DNA of 61,042 bases, counting the filler, from Candidatus Lindowbacteria bacterium RIFCSPLOWO2_12_FULL_62_27 (lineage in GTDB: Bacteria > Lindowbacteria > 2-12-FULL-62-27): NCBI GenBank assembly GCA_001784175.1. It is 2 parts of 2 records of this genome, joined end to end, with 100 filler letters (N's around TTAATTAATTAA, not from the genome) between each part and the next. Parts side by side here need not be neighbours in the genome. Positions count along the whole stretch, not along the records: positions 1 to 31,919 come from MFPR01000016.1; positions 32,020 to 61,042 come from MFPR01000017.1. One strand, given 5' to 3'. The notes under the pieces were generated by a model. That model was not told the DNA's origin and did no database searches. It worked only from the letters and a program-made list of their open reading frames with translations. Position numbers and translations under genes: made by a program. Below are positions 31,152-39,989 of the stretch, one piece after another (position 1 is the stretch's first letter; every line of letters begins with the position of its first letter).

Positions 31152-31904
31152 CTACCGGGATTTACTGATCTCGACCGGCACGATCAGGACGGTCATATTG
31201 TCGGACGAACCCTTGCTATTAGCCTGCTCGATGATCCGCTGTGCGGCCTTGTTTGGATCATCGCAAGATCGAAGCAAATGGTCCATTTCCGGAATATCCA
31301 CCGCGTCGCAGACTCCGTCAGTGGTCAGGATCACATAACGGTCATGCGGTGACAGAATGTAACTTCCGATGTCCGGCATTGCATGCAGACCGACTTCACG
31401 CATCGTCCGATCGCCAAAAGCCCGAGTCGGCATGAGTCCCATCCCTTTGTGGAGATAATATGGATCCTGCACAGAAGCGCCGGCGCTTGTGACACGGGCC
31501 CTTTCGGTTGGATGGTCAATCCGATGGGACGGTGTCAGGCGGTACGTCGATTCTGAACCAGCGAGAAACACCGCGCAATCTCCGGCGTTGGCGTAAACCA
31601 TCGTCTTGCAGTTAATGAATGCGGTGGCCGCGGTTGATCCACAATCGTATTCCCACGTTTCTCGTTCGGCGGCGCGGTAGGCCATTTTCATGGCAGTTTC
31701 GTAATCGCCGGTCTGATCCAGCGCGTAGAAGAATTCAGTCGAAACTGTGTGGACAAGGACGTCCGCGACGTCCGATCCCCCATGACCATCATAAACTCCG
31801 AGAAAAATGCCCACCCCCTTCTTTTCCCGAACGCTGAACCTGTCTTCCATTGTTTTCCGGTTTCCGAGATGTTGACGAACCTGAACCCGGCTGTGCTGTT
31901 GCAT
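31152..31904 (-). CDS. PP2C/PPM-family protein phosphatase
   Basis: RKTMEDR, YDGHGG, GSTA, ANAGD, TRAFGD, TTDGV, DNMTV; GAGGAGG RBS right at the contig edge. Confidence 0.9.
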   Translation of the reverse strand: MQQHSRVQVRQHLGNRKTMEDRFSVREKKGVGIFLGVYDGHGGSDVADVLVHTVSTEFFYALDQTGDYETAMKMAYRAAERETWEYDCGSTAATAFINCKTMVYANAGDCAVFLAGSESTYRLTPSHRIDHPTERARVTSAGASVQDPYYLHKGMGLMPTRAFGDRTMREVGLHAMPDIGSYILSPHDRYVILTTDGVCDAVDIPEMDHLLRSCDDPNKAAQRIIEQANSKGSSDNMTVLIVPVEISKSR

Positions 31905-31919
31905 CCCGATTTCCTCCTC

Positions 31920-32019
31920 NNNNNNNNNNNNNNNNNNNNNNNNNNNNNNNNNNNNNNNNNNNNTTAATTAATTAANNNNNNNNNNNNNNNNNNNNNNNNN
32001 NNNNNNNNNNNNNNNNNNN
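31920..32019. other. Assembly gap / artificial contig linker
   Basis: 100-nt N run with TTAATTAATTAA (stops in all six frames) at 31964-31975. Confidence 0.95.
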
Positions 32020-32033
32020 CAAAAGTCAAACGG

Positions 32034-32615
32034 ATGTTCGGGACGCTCGACATTGAGACGCGCCGCTATTCAGTTCTTCGCGCCAAAGGGGGACTTCGCA
32101 AGGCCAACGGCAAAACAGTTGACCTCGGCTCCCGCATGGTCCTGATTGACGCGATGGGGATTGACCGCACGCTTCACGATATCCTGCTCGACATTCGGCA
32201 GACGAGCCGAAAAAACACAGACCCCAAACACGAGACGCCCGAGGACAGAGCACGCGCCGCCCGGATGCAATGGCACTACGACCCGATGACGCATTACGTC
32301 CCGCCTGAGTGTCGCGCCACGGCGTCGATGTTTCGCGATCCGGCGGACATGCCCGACCACTCGCTGAAAAAATTCGCCGACGGCACGGTCAGGGCTTTGA
32401 CGGCGGACGAAATCTGCGAGCCATACCCGGACCTGATGCCCGGCGCTGGCGAGCCTTCGCCGTTCCCGGCAGTTGCCCGAGGGGAGAGCATCGACCCCCA
32501 CGAGTTCCAGGTCGACACGGATCCAGCCCGTGAATTGAAATATGGCCACTTCGACCTGACTCCGGTTGTGCGCTTCCTGCACCGCCGTCGCTATCTGGAG
32601 TGGCTCGCCGCGTAG
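32034..32615 (+). CDS. Hypothetical protein, possibly 5'-truncated by the gap
   Basis: Frame is open back to the gap; no motif recognised. Confidence 0.5.
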   Translation: MFGTLDIETRRYSVLRAKGGLRKANGKTVDLGSRMVLIDAMGIDRTLHDILLDIRQTSRKNTDPKHETPEDRARAARMQWHYDPMTHYVPPECRATASMFRDPADMPDHSLKKFADGTVRALTADEICEPYPDLMPGAGEPSPFPAVARGESIDPHEFQVDTDPARELKYGHFDLTPVVRFLHRRRYLEWLAA

Positions 32616-33492
32616 CCCGATCCTGAGCGGTCCCACCCCGCTCCGAAATGCTGGGATAAAAAATCGGGCCCCGAACCCCTCTCCCCTGCCCTCTCCCCAA
32701 GGGAGAGGGTGCGTTGGCGGCGCGGCCGCGCCGCCTTCGCCCCGCCGGTATGCTGAGGCGGGGCGTTGCTGGACGAGAACCCCGAAGCTCAAGCGCCGCA
32801 TGGCTGAATGGGCGCGTGCGGACGCACGCGCTAAAGCATTCTGGCGCGCCGGCCAGTGGAGGTATCTGTGCGCGCCCAACAGCCAGATGGCCCTCCATGG
32901 CAGTCGGTCGGCGGTCATCCTGACCGCCGATCCTCCCCGCAGACCACACCCGACCACCGGCGATGTCAAAACATCGCCGCGAAAGCGGCTGTCACGTTGT
33001 GATCAGCCGCTTTTCATTCGCGGCAAACATTCAGTTCAAAAACAAGCAGGTCAAAAACGTCCTACCAGGGACGGCGACCCGGAAGATCACGGCAACAAGG
33101 CGTGACTCGTCGGCGTTGATTACCGCGCTTCATCCCCACATGGGTCGTGCAAATAACACAGTCCGACGGACAGGACTTGTAAAAACACTGCCAAGACGGT
33201 CGGGGTCACAGAGGCCTGACCCAGCGGTGAGCGCGGTCGGAAGTCCGCGTCGTTACAGAGCGCGTAACCTCTGAACACATATCTATCCCGAGCGAGCCCT
33301 CGCTCAAAATCGCCTCGAAGATCCCCAACCCCGGAGGGTGGGCACCCCGCACATCTCCCACCCGTGCGGCCCTCCGGAACATATACGACCCCGCGTTTGC
33401 ATCTCTCCAGATCGGCGCGCCTCACAAGCGCGGGGTCACTGCCTTATATCCATCATTCCGGTGGCGTCTCCTCCACGCCACCGGCTTTTTTT
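32616..33492 (+). ncRNA. Candidate large structured non-coding RNA (or structured ssDNA element)
   Basis: At least 13 stem-loops or helices in about 880 nt, no credible ORF, ending in an intrinsic terminator. Confidence 0.5.
33458..33492 (+). terminator. Rho-independent terminator
   Basis: CCGGTGGCGT-CTCCTCC-ACGCCACCGG followed by CTTTTTTT. Confidence 0.8.
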
Positions 33493-33524
33493 CAAACAGG
33501 GGGGCGTGCGGCAAGTCCCAACTA

Positions 33525-34627
33525 TTGACACCTGCATAATAATGTCCTAATTTCTGGGTGGGAGGTGGGAACCCATGAGATCTAAAGGAACCCCCGGGGA
33601 ATTGGAACAAAGAAGGATCAAAGCCATCCAGTTGTTGGAGGAAGGACGAAGACCCGTCGAAGTGGCCAGGGTGATCGGAGTAGATCGCCGGAGTGTGAGG
33701 CGTTGGAAATCGGCCTATCGAAAAAAGGGCATGGATGCCGTCCGATATCCAGCCAAATGGGGAAGGCCGGTGAAAATTTCGAGCAAACAGAGTCGGCAAC
33801 TGGAGCGGGATCTTCTGCGAGGAGCGAAATCCTGCGGGTTTTCGACAGATTTGTGGAGCTGCCCTCGGGTTGCCAAGCAGATTCAACGTCGATATGGAAT
33901 CAGTTATCACGTCGATCATATCGGCCGTTTGTTGCGGCGGATGGGATGGAGTCCACAACGGCCAGCCCGACGAGCCATCGAGCGAAATGAAGTGGCCATC
34001 CGGAGATGGGTAAAAGAAAAGTGGCCCCGGTGTAAAAAAAAGCCCACGACCTGAACGCTTTTCTTGTTTTCATAGACGAAAGTGGCGTGTTGATGGCGCC
34101 CTTGGTCCGCCGGACGTGGGCCCCCATCGGTCAAACGCCCATTCTTCAACAGAGAACGCGATCCCATCAAAAAGTTTCGATGATCGCCGCGCTCTGTGTT
34201 CCTCCCAAACGTGATCGAGTTCGGTTGTACTTCCGATTGCATCCGAATGCCAATCTCAATGCCATTACGATTCGCGCCTTCCTGCGTCTTTTGATGCGCC
34301 ATATCCCCGGCAACATCGTCCTGATCTGGGACAACCTTGGGGCGCATCATGGCAAGGTCATGCAAAGCCTTTTGCAAAAGACGCCTCGGCTCCATGTCTT
34401 CCGGTTTCCGCCGTATGCTCCGGAACTCGATCCGGTAGAATATTTCTGGAGTTATTTGAAAACGAAGCCGCTTGCCAACGATGCGCCGGAGGATATTGCC
34501 ACATTGGCCACGAAGGCGCGTTCTCACAGTCGTTCGATACAGAGAACGGACAGACTCCTTCGCTCGTTCGTTCAACACAGTCCTCTCTCTTTGCGCCTCA
34601 GATAGGACATTATTATACAGGTATCAA
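33525..34627 (+). mobile_element. IS630-family insertion sequence
   Basis: 25-bp terminal inverted repeats (TTGACACCTGCATAATAATGTCCTA / TAGGACATTATTATACAGGTATCAA, 2 mismatches) flanked by duplicated TA (33523-24, 34628-29). Confidence 0.93.
33575..34605 (+). CDS. IS630 transposase (HTH ORF plus DDE ORF joined by -1 frameshift)
   Basis: ORF1 33575-34054 is HTH/winged helix; A8G at 34034-34042; -1 frame reads FIDESG...IWDNLGAH...PPYAPELDPVE. Confidence 0.88.
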
Positions 34628-34721
34628 TAACGCACTGAAACCCCTCGACATAGATGAACCACTCGTTTCCACAAATCGCGCATGGCGCGAAAAACCCACA
34701 AAAACAGGAGGTTTGAGACCC

Positions 34722-35645
34722 ATGAAGGTCCACACCACCTACGCCCGCCGCGTCAACCTCGGTGACTACGGCGAGCATGCGTTTTACAGCGTATCGATCG
34801 ACAAGATGTTCGAGGGCGCGGCACTCTCGGACGCTACGAAGATCGCCCATGAACTCATGGCTGAATGTGAAAAGGCCGTCGTTCACGCGATCCATCGAAA
34901 CGAACCCTCGTCGCAGGTCGGTACACCGCCGCTCGAAGTCCAGACGCAACTGGATGATCTCGCTGCGCAGTCGAAAGCCGCGCCGGTCCAGACAGAGACG
35001 AAAACGGTAGCGGTAGCTGAAACCAAAACCGCTCCCGTTGTCCCGGCGTCACCCGCGCCGTCCCCCGCTCCGAAAGCAGCGGCTCCGGCCACCAAGCCCA
35101 ACGGCAACGGCAATGGTAACGGCAACGGCAAAAAGTCCGTCAAACGCCCGGACGATCCGGCCAGCCCCGCGCAAGTCAGCCTCTACGAAAAACTCTCGCG
35201 GCGCTACGAAAAGTCCACGGGCCAATTGCTCGACAACGCCGTCGGACTCGCCGGCGCATACTTCGCGGACATCAGCAAAGGCCACGCGTCCGAGATCATC
35301 GACAAGGCTCTGGAACTCGTCGCGAAAACCGACCGCACATCCAAGGCCGAATCGCCCAACTCCGCGCCGGGCAAGAAAGCCTTCGTCCTCGCCCAGCCTC
35401 GCCAGCTCTCCTACGCCGAGTCGCTGATCAATCAGCTCGGCCGTCTCATCGGCGAGACCAACACCCACGATTTCGTGGAGTCGACGATCAAGGAGCTTTG
35501 CAAAGGCCGGGTTTACCCCCTGCCGCAGCTCTCCAGCTTCAAAATCTCCAAGCTCATCGACGCGCTCAAAAAGAAAGTCGTCGAATCCAAAAACGGCGAG
35601 CTTGCCCACGCCGGCGTCGCCCACGACGACAACGTCCCGTTTTAA
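34722..35645 (+). CDS. Phage/MGE hypothetical protein with SSB-like acidic DDNVPF tail
   Basis: CAGGAGG RBS; Pro/Ala and NG-repeat linker; two similar short helical modules; C-terminal DDNVPF. Confidence 0.65.
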   Translation: MKVHTTYARRVNLGDYGEHAFYSVSIDKMFEGAALSDATKIAHELMAECEKAVVHAIHRNEPSSQVGTPPLEVQTQLDDLAAQSKAAPVQTETKTVAVAETKTAPVVPASPAPSPAPKAAAPATKPNGNGNGNGNGKKSVKRPDDPASPAQVSLYEKLSRRYEKSTGQLLDNAVGLAGAYFADISKGHASEIIDKALELVAKTDRTSKAESPNSAPGKKAFVLAQPRQLSYAESLINQLGRLIGETNTHDFVESTIKELCKGRVYPLPQLSSFKISKLIDALKKKVVESKNGELAHAGVAHDDNVPF

Positions 35646-35723
35646 GCAAGCACTGACCCCGCGTGGCGGGGTACACCACGCAGCCGGCGAGGTTCCACCC
35701 CTCGCATGGTTGTTTGAAAAGGA

Positions 35724-36557
35724 GTGATCGACTTGAACAATGGCAAGGTCTATCTTTCCGCGAGCAAGATCACCGCCTACCTGTCCTGCCCGCATAAGTT
35801 CCGCCTGCGCTACATCGACCAGGTGCCAACGCCGAACCAGACGTTCTTCATCGTCGGCACCGCCACCCACGCCGGCGTCGAGGCCATCCACATCGGCAAA
35901 TCCCTGCAGGACGCCCTGACGGAAGCCTCTCTCTCGGTCGACGCCGCAACCAGCAAGGAATACGACAACGCTCTGACGCCTGCCGAAATCAACGACCTGG
36001 TCCGCACGCTGGTCACGACCTATCACGAGCAGGCCATCCCGCTCAAAATAACCGCCGTTGAAACGCCGTTCCAAATCGACGGCAACAACGTGGTTCTGAC
36101 CGGCACGGTTGATGCGATGGTCGAAGGCAAGACCGTCCTCGAAATCAAAACCGCCAAACGCGCCTGGTCTCAGCCCCAAGCGGACTTGCAGATCCAGCCG
36201 AGCGTCTACGCATTCGGCTTGGCCTTCGAGAAAAAACTCCCCGGCCCGATCGAAGTCATCTACCGCGTGATCGTGAAGCCGACCAAGAAGTTCCCGAAAG
36301 GCCAGCTCATGGAGCTTCGTACGATCCGGACAAAGGAGCATTTCGACCACCTGATCGCGACGATCAACCAGGTCGGCAAAGCCGTCAGCGCCGGCATCTT
36401 CCCTCGCAACGTCACCCCGGCCTGCGGTTGGTGTGAATTTCGACGGCTCTGCCTTGGCGGCACGCTGCCCAACTACGACCGACCGGATGGAGGGAGTGTC
36501 GCGGGATACAGGGATGTATCAGGAGCGACCGCGGAGAACGGGGGTGATTCAGAATGA
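35724..36557 (+). CDS. PD-(D/E)XK RecB-like exonuclease (Cas4/AddB-like Cys pattern)
   Basis: LSASKI..YLSCP, GTATH, GTVD..EIKT, Q..VY, CGWCEFRRLC. Confidence 0.85.
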   Translation: MIDLNNGKVYLSASKITAYLSCPHKFRLRYIDQVPTPNQTFFIVGTATHAGVEAIHIGKSLQDALTEASLSVDAATSKEYDNALTPAEINDLVRTLVTTYHEQAIPLKITAVETPFQIDGNNVVLTGTVDAMVEGKTVLEIKTAKRAWSQPQADLQIQPSVYAFGLAFEKKLPGPIEVIYRVIVKPTKKFPKGQLMELRTIRTKEHFDHLIATINQVGKAVSAGIFPRNVTPACGWCEFRRLCLGGTLPNYDRPDGGSVAGYRDVSGATAENGGDSE

Positions 36558-36730
36558 GCACGGCAACTGCCACGCAGGACTTTACCCTCGAAAAGTACGA
36601 CCGATTCTGGGCGGTCTTCGACCCGGATGGAAATCTCGTGACACTGACCGTCTATAAAAAGGGTGGGTTGGAGGTGATTCGTCGTCTCAAGGGTCCCGCC
36701 GCCCAAATCCAAGACAACCCACTCGCGTAA
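36554..36730 (+). CDS. 58-aa hypothetical protein (not in ORF track)
   Basis: ATGA overlap with the nuclease stop; MSTATATQDFTLEKYDRFWAVFDPDGNLVTLTVYKKGGLEVIRRLKG... Confidence 0.6.
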   Translation: MSTATATQDFTLEKYDRFWAVFDPDGNLVTLTVYKKGGLEVIRRLKGPAAQIQDNPLA

Positions 36731-36735
36731 TTCAT

Positions 36736-36773
36736 GGCCGTCTCTGCGTTGCGGAGACGGCCGCTTTTGTTTT
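36736..36773 (+). terminator. Intrinsic terminator / attenuator before ardC
   Basis: GGCCGTCTCTGC-GTT-GCGGAGACGGCC followed by GCTTTTGTTTT. Confidence 0.65.
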
Positions 36774-36793
36774 CTAAAAGGAGGTGAGGATAA

Positions 36794-37660
36794 ATGAACA
36801 AGGTCTATCAAATCATTACCGAGCGCATCATCGACAGAATGAAACAGGGGATCATCCCGTGGCAGCGGCCGTGGCACGCGCGCCAACAGACCCCAAAAAA
36901 TCTTGTCACGAAACTGCCCTACCACGGGACAAACTTCTTTCTCCTGTGGTCGCTGGGGTATGAAAGCCCGTACTTCCTCACGATGCGGCAAGCCAACGAA
37001 CTCGGCGGCTCTATTCGGGCGGGAGAAAAGGCTTTGCCGGTCGTGTTCTGGAAGATCCTCAAATTCGACGAGGAAATTTCTTCGGATGGACAACCCAAGA
37101 AAGTACCCATGCTTCGTTACTACCATGTGTTCAATTCGTCCCAATGCGAAAATCTCGCCGGTAAAATTCCCAGCTACACGGACGTGGACAATCCATTCTC
37201 GCCAATCGAAGCCGCGGAACTCGCCGTCGATAACATGTCTGCGCGCCCGTGCATCGAACATGGCCATACGCGCGCGTACTACAGCCCCGTGAACGACTTG
37301 ATCTGTCTGCCTTCGCCCGAAAGATTCGACCGGCCGGAGGACTACTACGCAACGCTCTTCCACGAGCTCGTTCACAGCACCGGCCATGCCACAAGACTGT
37401 CCCGCCGGGATTGGCTGTCGGGCGACGACAAACACGACGCCTATTCAAAGGAAGAACTGGTCGCCGAAATGGGCGCAACGTTTCTCTGCGCCGAAACCGG
37501 CATCTTGGCCTCACAGGTTGATCGTTCGGCGGCGTATATTCAAAGCTGGATCGAAACATTCGAAAACAACCACCGCCTGATTTTCACGGCCGCAACCCAC
37601 GCCCAGAAGGCGGTTGACTTCATTTTGAACCGCATGGCGGTTCACGTAGCTTCGAATTGA
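36794..37660 (+). CDS. ardC: ArdC-family antirestriction / ssDNA-binding protein with zincin-like domain
   Basis: VYQIITERII..PWQRPW, YHGTN, LTMRQANELGG, VFNSSQ, FHELVHSTGH..RL.R, YSKEELVAE. Confidence 0.88.
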   Translation: MNKVYQIITERIIDRMKQGIIPWQRPWHARQQTPKNLVTKLPYHGTNFFLLWSLGYESPYFLTMRQANELGGSIRAGEKALPVVFWKILKFDEEISSDGQPKKVPMLRYYHVFNSSQCENLAGKIPSYTDVDNPFSPIEAAELAVDNMSARPCIEHGHTRAYYSPVNDLICLPSPERFDRPEDYYATLFHELVHSTGHATRLSRRDWLSGDDKHDAYSKEELVAEMGATFLCAETGILASQVDRSAAYIQSWIETFENNHRLIFTAATHAQKAVDFILNRMAVHVASN

Positions 37661-37680
37661 TACACGAAGGAGGGCAACCC

Positions 37681-37929
37681 ATGTCCAGCTCCATTCACCG
37701 CATCGGCAAAAGCGGCATCCCGGTCTTTTGTGATGGCCGGGACCCCGCGCTTGACAATTTCCGGCTCACGGAGTCCGACCCGCGAAAAGTCATCCTCGCC
37801 GTCGCCTTGTCCCACGCCCGGGCGGTTGCTATCGCCTACATGCGAAAACACGCACCCCATCTCCTGACCGAGATGGATAACCTGCTCCCGCCCATGGCGG
37901 AGAAGGAGCACGCACATGGCTTCCCGTAG
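37681..37929 (+). CDS. Small hypothetical protein
   Basis: AGGAGG RBS before ATG at 37681. Confidence 0.5.
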   Translation: MSSSIHRIGKSGIPVFCDGRDPALDNFRLTESDPRKVILAVALSHARAVAIAYMRKHAPHLLTEMDNLLPPMAEKEHAHGFP

Positions 37930-38125
37930 CACCACCTACGCCGGCGTCCCGGCGCTCGTCATATTTGACCGCACCCTGAACATCAGCCGCATCATCACGC
38001 CAGCCATTGCCAGAATTATTCTGGACCATGTGGACGACATCCGCGATTTCCTCTCCAAAAACGAGCCGTTTATCTCCGAGGAATTGGACAACCGTCAACT
38101 ACGTCGCGCACAACAGGGCGATTGA
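37916..38125 (+). CDS. Small hypothetical protein
   Basis: AAGGAG RBS; overlaps the previous stop. Confidence 0.5.
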   Translation: MASRSTTYAGVPALVIFDRTLNISRIITPAIARIILDHVDDIRDFLSKNEPFISEELDNRQLRRAQQGD

Positions 38126-38222
38126 CGTCCGATCCGCCTTTACACCGCACGGCCGACTCTATTAATATTCTGACTTTGATTTATAATGTGGTAGAATTAC
38201 ACAGTGAAATGAGGATGGCCAG

Positions 38223-38672
38223 ATGAAATTGCATGTATATCTCGACACGTCGATAATCAGCGCGTACTTTGATGAACACCTGAAAGAAAGACAAACGGAG
38301 ACGCGGCACTTTTGGAAACGTATCGGCGATTTCGATGTCTCGACCGCCGAAATTACTCGTCAAGAAATATTGCAAACGACCGATGGAAATTTGAAGAGTA
38401 AAATGGAGGGGTTGCTCGAAGGATTCTCGATCCACTCGCTGACGGAAGAAATGCAGGGCCTGGCACAGCGATATGTTGATTCGGGTGTCTTTACGCCAGT
38501 CATGCGCAACGATGCCTTGCATGTGGCGGCATCCGTATTGACGAGGCAGGATATTCTGCTGTCTTGGAATTTCAAGCACCTTGTCAATCGCCGCCGGAGG
38601 GCAAAGGTCAATGATGTCAATATTTCATTGGGTCTGCCGACCATTGAAATATTGTCACCGCCAGAAATTTGA
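38223..38672 (+). CDS. PIN-domain protein (VapC-like)
   Basis: VYLDTSII, EI, NDALHVA, LLSWNFKHL. Confidence 0.85.
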   Translation: MKLHVYLDTSIISAYFDEHLKERQTETRHFWKRIGDFDVSTAEITRQEILQTTDGNLKSKMEGLLEGFSIHSLTEEMQGLAQRYVDSGVFTPVMRNDALHVAASVLTRQDILLSWNFKHLVNRRRRAKVNDVNISLGLPTIEILSPPEI

Positions 38673-38682
38673 GGAGGCTGAC

Positions 38683-38889
38683 ATGAAATATTTCAACTAC
38701 AGGAAAGTGGCGCGAGAGGCAAAAATTCCGGCGGGTAAATTAGACAAACTGCGTCACTCCATTCGCGACGAGTTTCCCACCGATGATATGATGTACGAGC
38801 TCCATTTGCTCCGTGCGTGCATGGCCATAAAGGATGGCTATATCACAGTCGATGAGGCTCTAAAATCCGAATCTCCGGTTAAGGCCTAA
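38683..38889 (+). CDS. Small protein, probable antitoxin partner of the PIN gene
   Basis: GAGGAGG RBS; directly downstream of PIN; EFPTDDMMYELHLLRA. Confidence 0.55.
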   Translation: MKYFNYRKVAREAKIPAGKLDKLRHSIRDEFPTDDMMYELHLLRACMAIKDGYITVDEALKSESPVKA

Positions 38890-38916
38890 AAACTGCCAAA
38901 GCCTCCAGAGAGGAAA

Positions 38917-39246
38917 TTGAACATACCCCCGATCGTGTATGAAATGAAACACCATGGAATGATTCTGACCGGCCGCGAAGCAGGGGACGACGCCTATCCT
39001 GCGTTAAAGACGGCCATGGAAAAAGTAGCCGAACATGGAATGTTGGTCCTGTCCTTTGAAGGCGTCAAAATGATCACGACATCCTTTGGTGATTCGTGTA
39101 TCGGCCAGATCCTCGTGGATATCCGCGAAGGACGATTTGGAAATCGCAAATTGGCCGTCCGCGATGTTGGAAATGCCGCGCTTGCCGCAGCCCTTGCCAC
39201 GATTGCCGAAATTGCGGCGGCCCCCCTGCCATTGGCCCCAGCCTGA
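38917..39246 (+). CDS. STAS-like (DUF4325-type) protein
   Basis: LTGREAG...VLSFEGVKMITTSFGDSCIG pattern. Confidence 0.6.
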   Translation: MNIPPIVYEMKHHGMILTGREAGDDAYPALKTAMEKVAEHGMLVLSFEGVKMITTSFGDSCIGQILVDIREGRFGNRKLAVRDVGNAALAAALATIAEIAAAPLPLAPA

Positions 39247-39255
39247 CCGTAGAAT

Positions 39256-39525
39256 TTATTCGATCAACTTCCAGACCCCAACCGCCGACCCAATCGCGCC
39301 AACAAATCCCAGCCACACCCGCCAGTTCCAATCGAGTTGTTTGGCATGACTCGCCACCTTCTCCGTCAACACCGCGATTTTGCCGGTGAGCTTTGACTCG
39401 ATCGTATCCATCCGTCCGTCGAGTTTCGCGTTCTGGATCCGGATCTCCGTCAGAAGTTCCATCTGTTCATCCTGTTTGCCATTCAGATTATTCAGCGCCG
39501 CCAGGATTTCCTCGTTCTCGCTCAT
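39256..39525 (-). CDS. Phage lysis-cassette protein (coiled coil plus C-terminal TM)
   Basis: MSENEEILAAL... coiled coil, then VWLGFVGAIGSAVGVW; downstream of the holin. Confidence 0.6.
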   Translation of the reverse strand: MSENEEILAALNNLNGKQDEQMELLTEIRIQNAKLDGRMDTIESKLTGKIAVLTEKVASHAKQLDWNWRVWLGFVGAIGSAVGVWKLIE

Positions 39526-39989
39526 GGCCTCGTCCCCTCCGATTTGCCGAATAGCTGTGCTTTCTCCCACGTCCGCGCGCCCACATACCCCAGCATGACC
39601 GACCCGAACAGCCAGAACATCGGCTCCGGAAATTCGATGGGCGTCCGGCCAAGCAGTGGCACCACCACGTAGTTCCAAAGCAAAATAAAATTGCAGATGT
39701 AGAGAAACAACGGCCGCGCGCGGCTGGTGAATTTGTCCCCGCTCATCGTCTCGGCCCGGATGTTTTCGCCGGCCACCTTCGTGACCTCGATGTCGTGCCC
39801 CCGGACCGCCAGCTCAAATTCGTGCTGGAGGGTCATCTCCTGCATCCGAAGTTTGGCTTTGACCAAATCCGCCGCCCGCTTCTCGTCCGCCGTCTCGACA
39901 AATTTATCGATCACGTCCCCGATGGTCTTGACGACACCACCGGCGTTGCCGCCCTGAAAAAGGCCGCCGAACAATCCAAGTAAGTTCAT
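39522..39989 (-). CDS. 3TM-type holin (DUF3154 / GTA-release holin family-like)
   Basis: IGDVIDKFVETADEK..., E..SGDKFTSRARP, LGYVGARTWEK. Confidence 0.75.
   Translation of the reverse strand: MNLLGLFGGLFQGGNAGGVVKTIGDVIDKFVETADEKRAADLVKAKLRMQEMTLQHEFELAVRGHDIEVTKVAGENIRAETMSGDKFTSRARPLFLYICNFILLWNYVVVPLLGRTPIEFPEPMFWLFGSVMLGYVGARTWEKAQLFGKSEGTRP

Noticed and set aside
31920-32019. TTAATTAATTAA palindrome, and any functional link between the defence island and the phage-like region
   Set aside because: It is embedded in Ns and is a standard six-frame-stop linker, so adjacency of the two sides is unsupported
32676-32709. CCCCTCTCCC...GGGAGAGGG REP-like hairpin as a repeat array
   Set aside because: Only one copy seen; counted within the structured region
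32070-33425. Several overlapping ORFs on both strands across the hairpin region
   Set aside because: Arg/Pro/Gly-rich, mutually overlapping, no RBS or motifs; better explained as non-coding
35724-36557. Cas4 / CRISPR-Cas system
   Set aside because: No other cas genes and no repeat-spacer array seen; solo phage-type nuclease
35049-37435. 433-aa and 320-aa minus-strand ORFs
   Set aside because: Shadows of the nuclease and ardC genes
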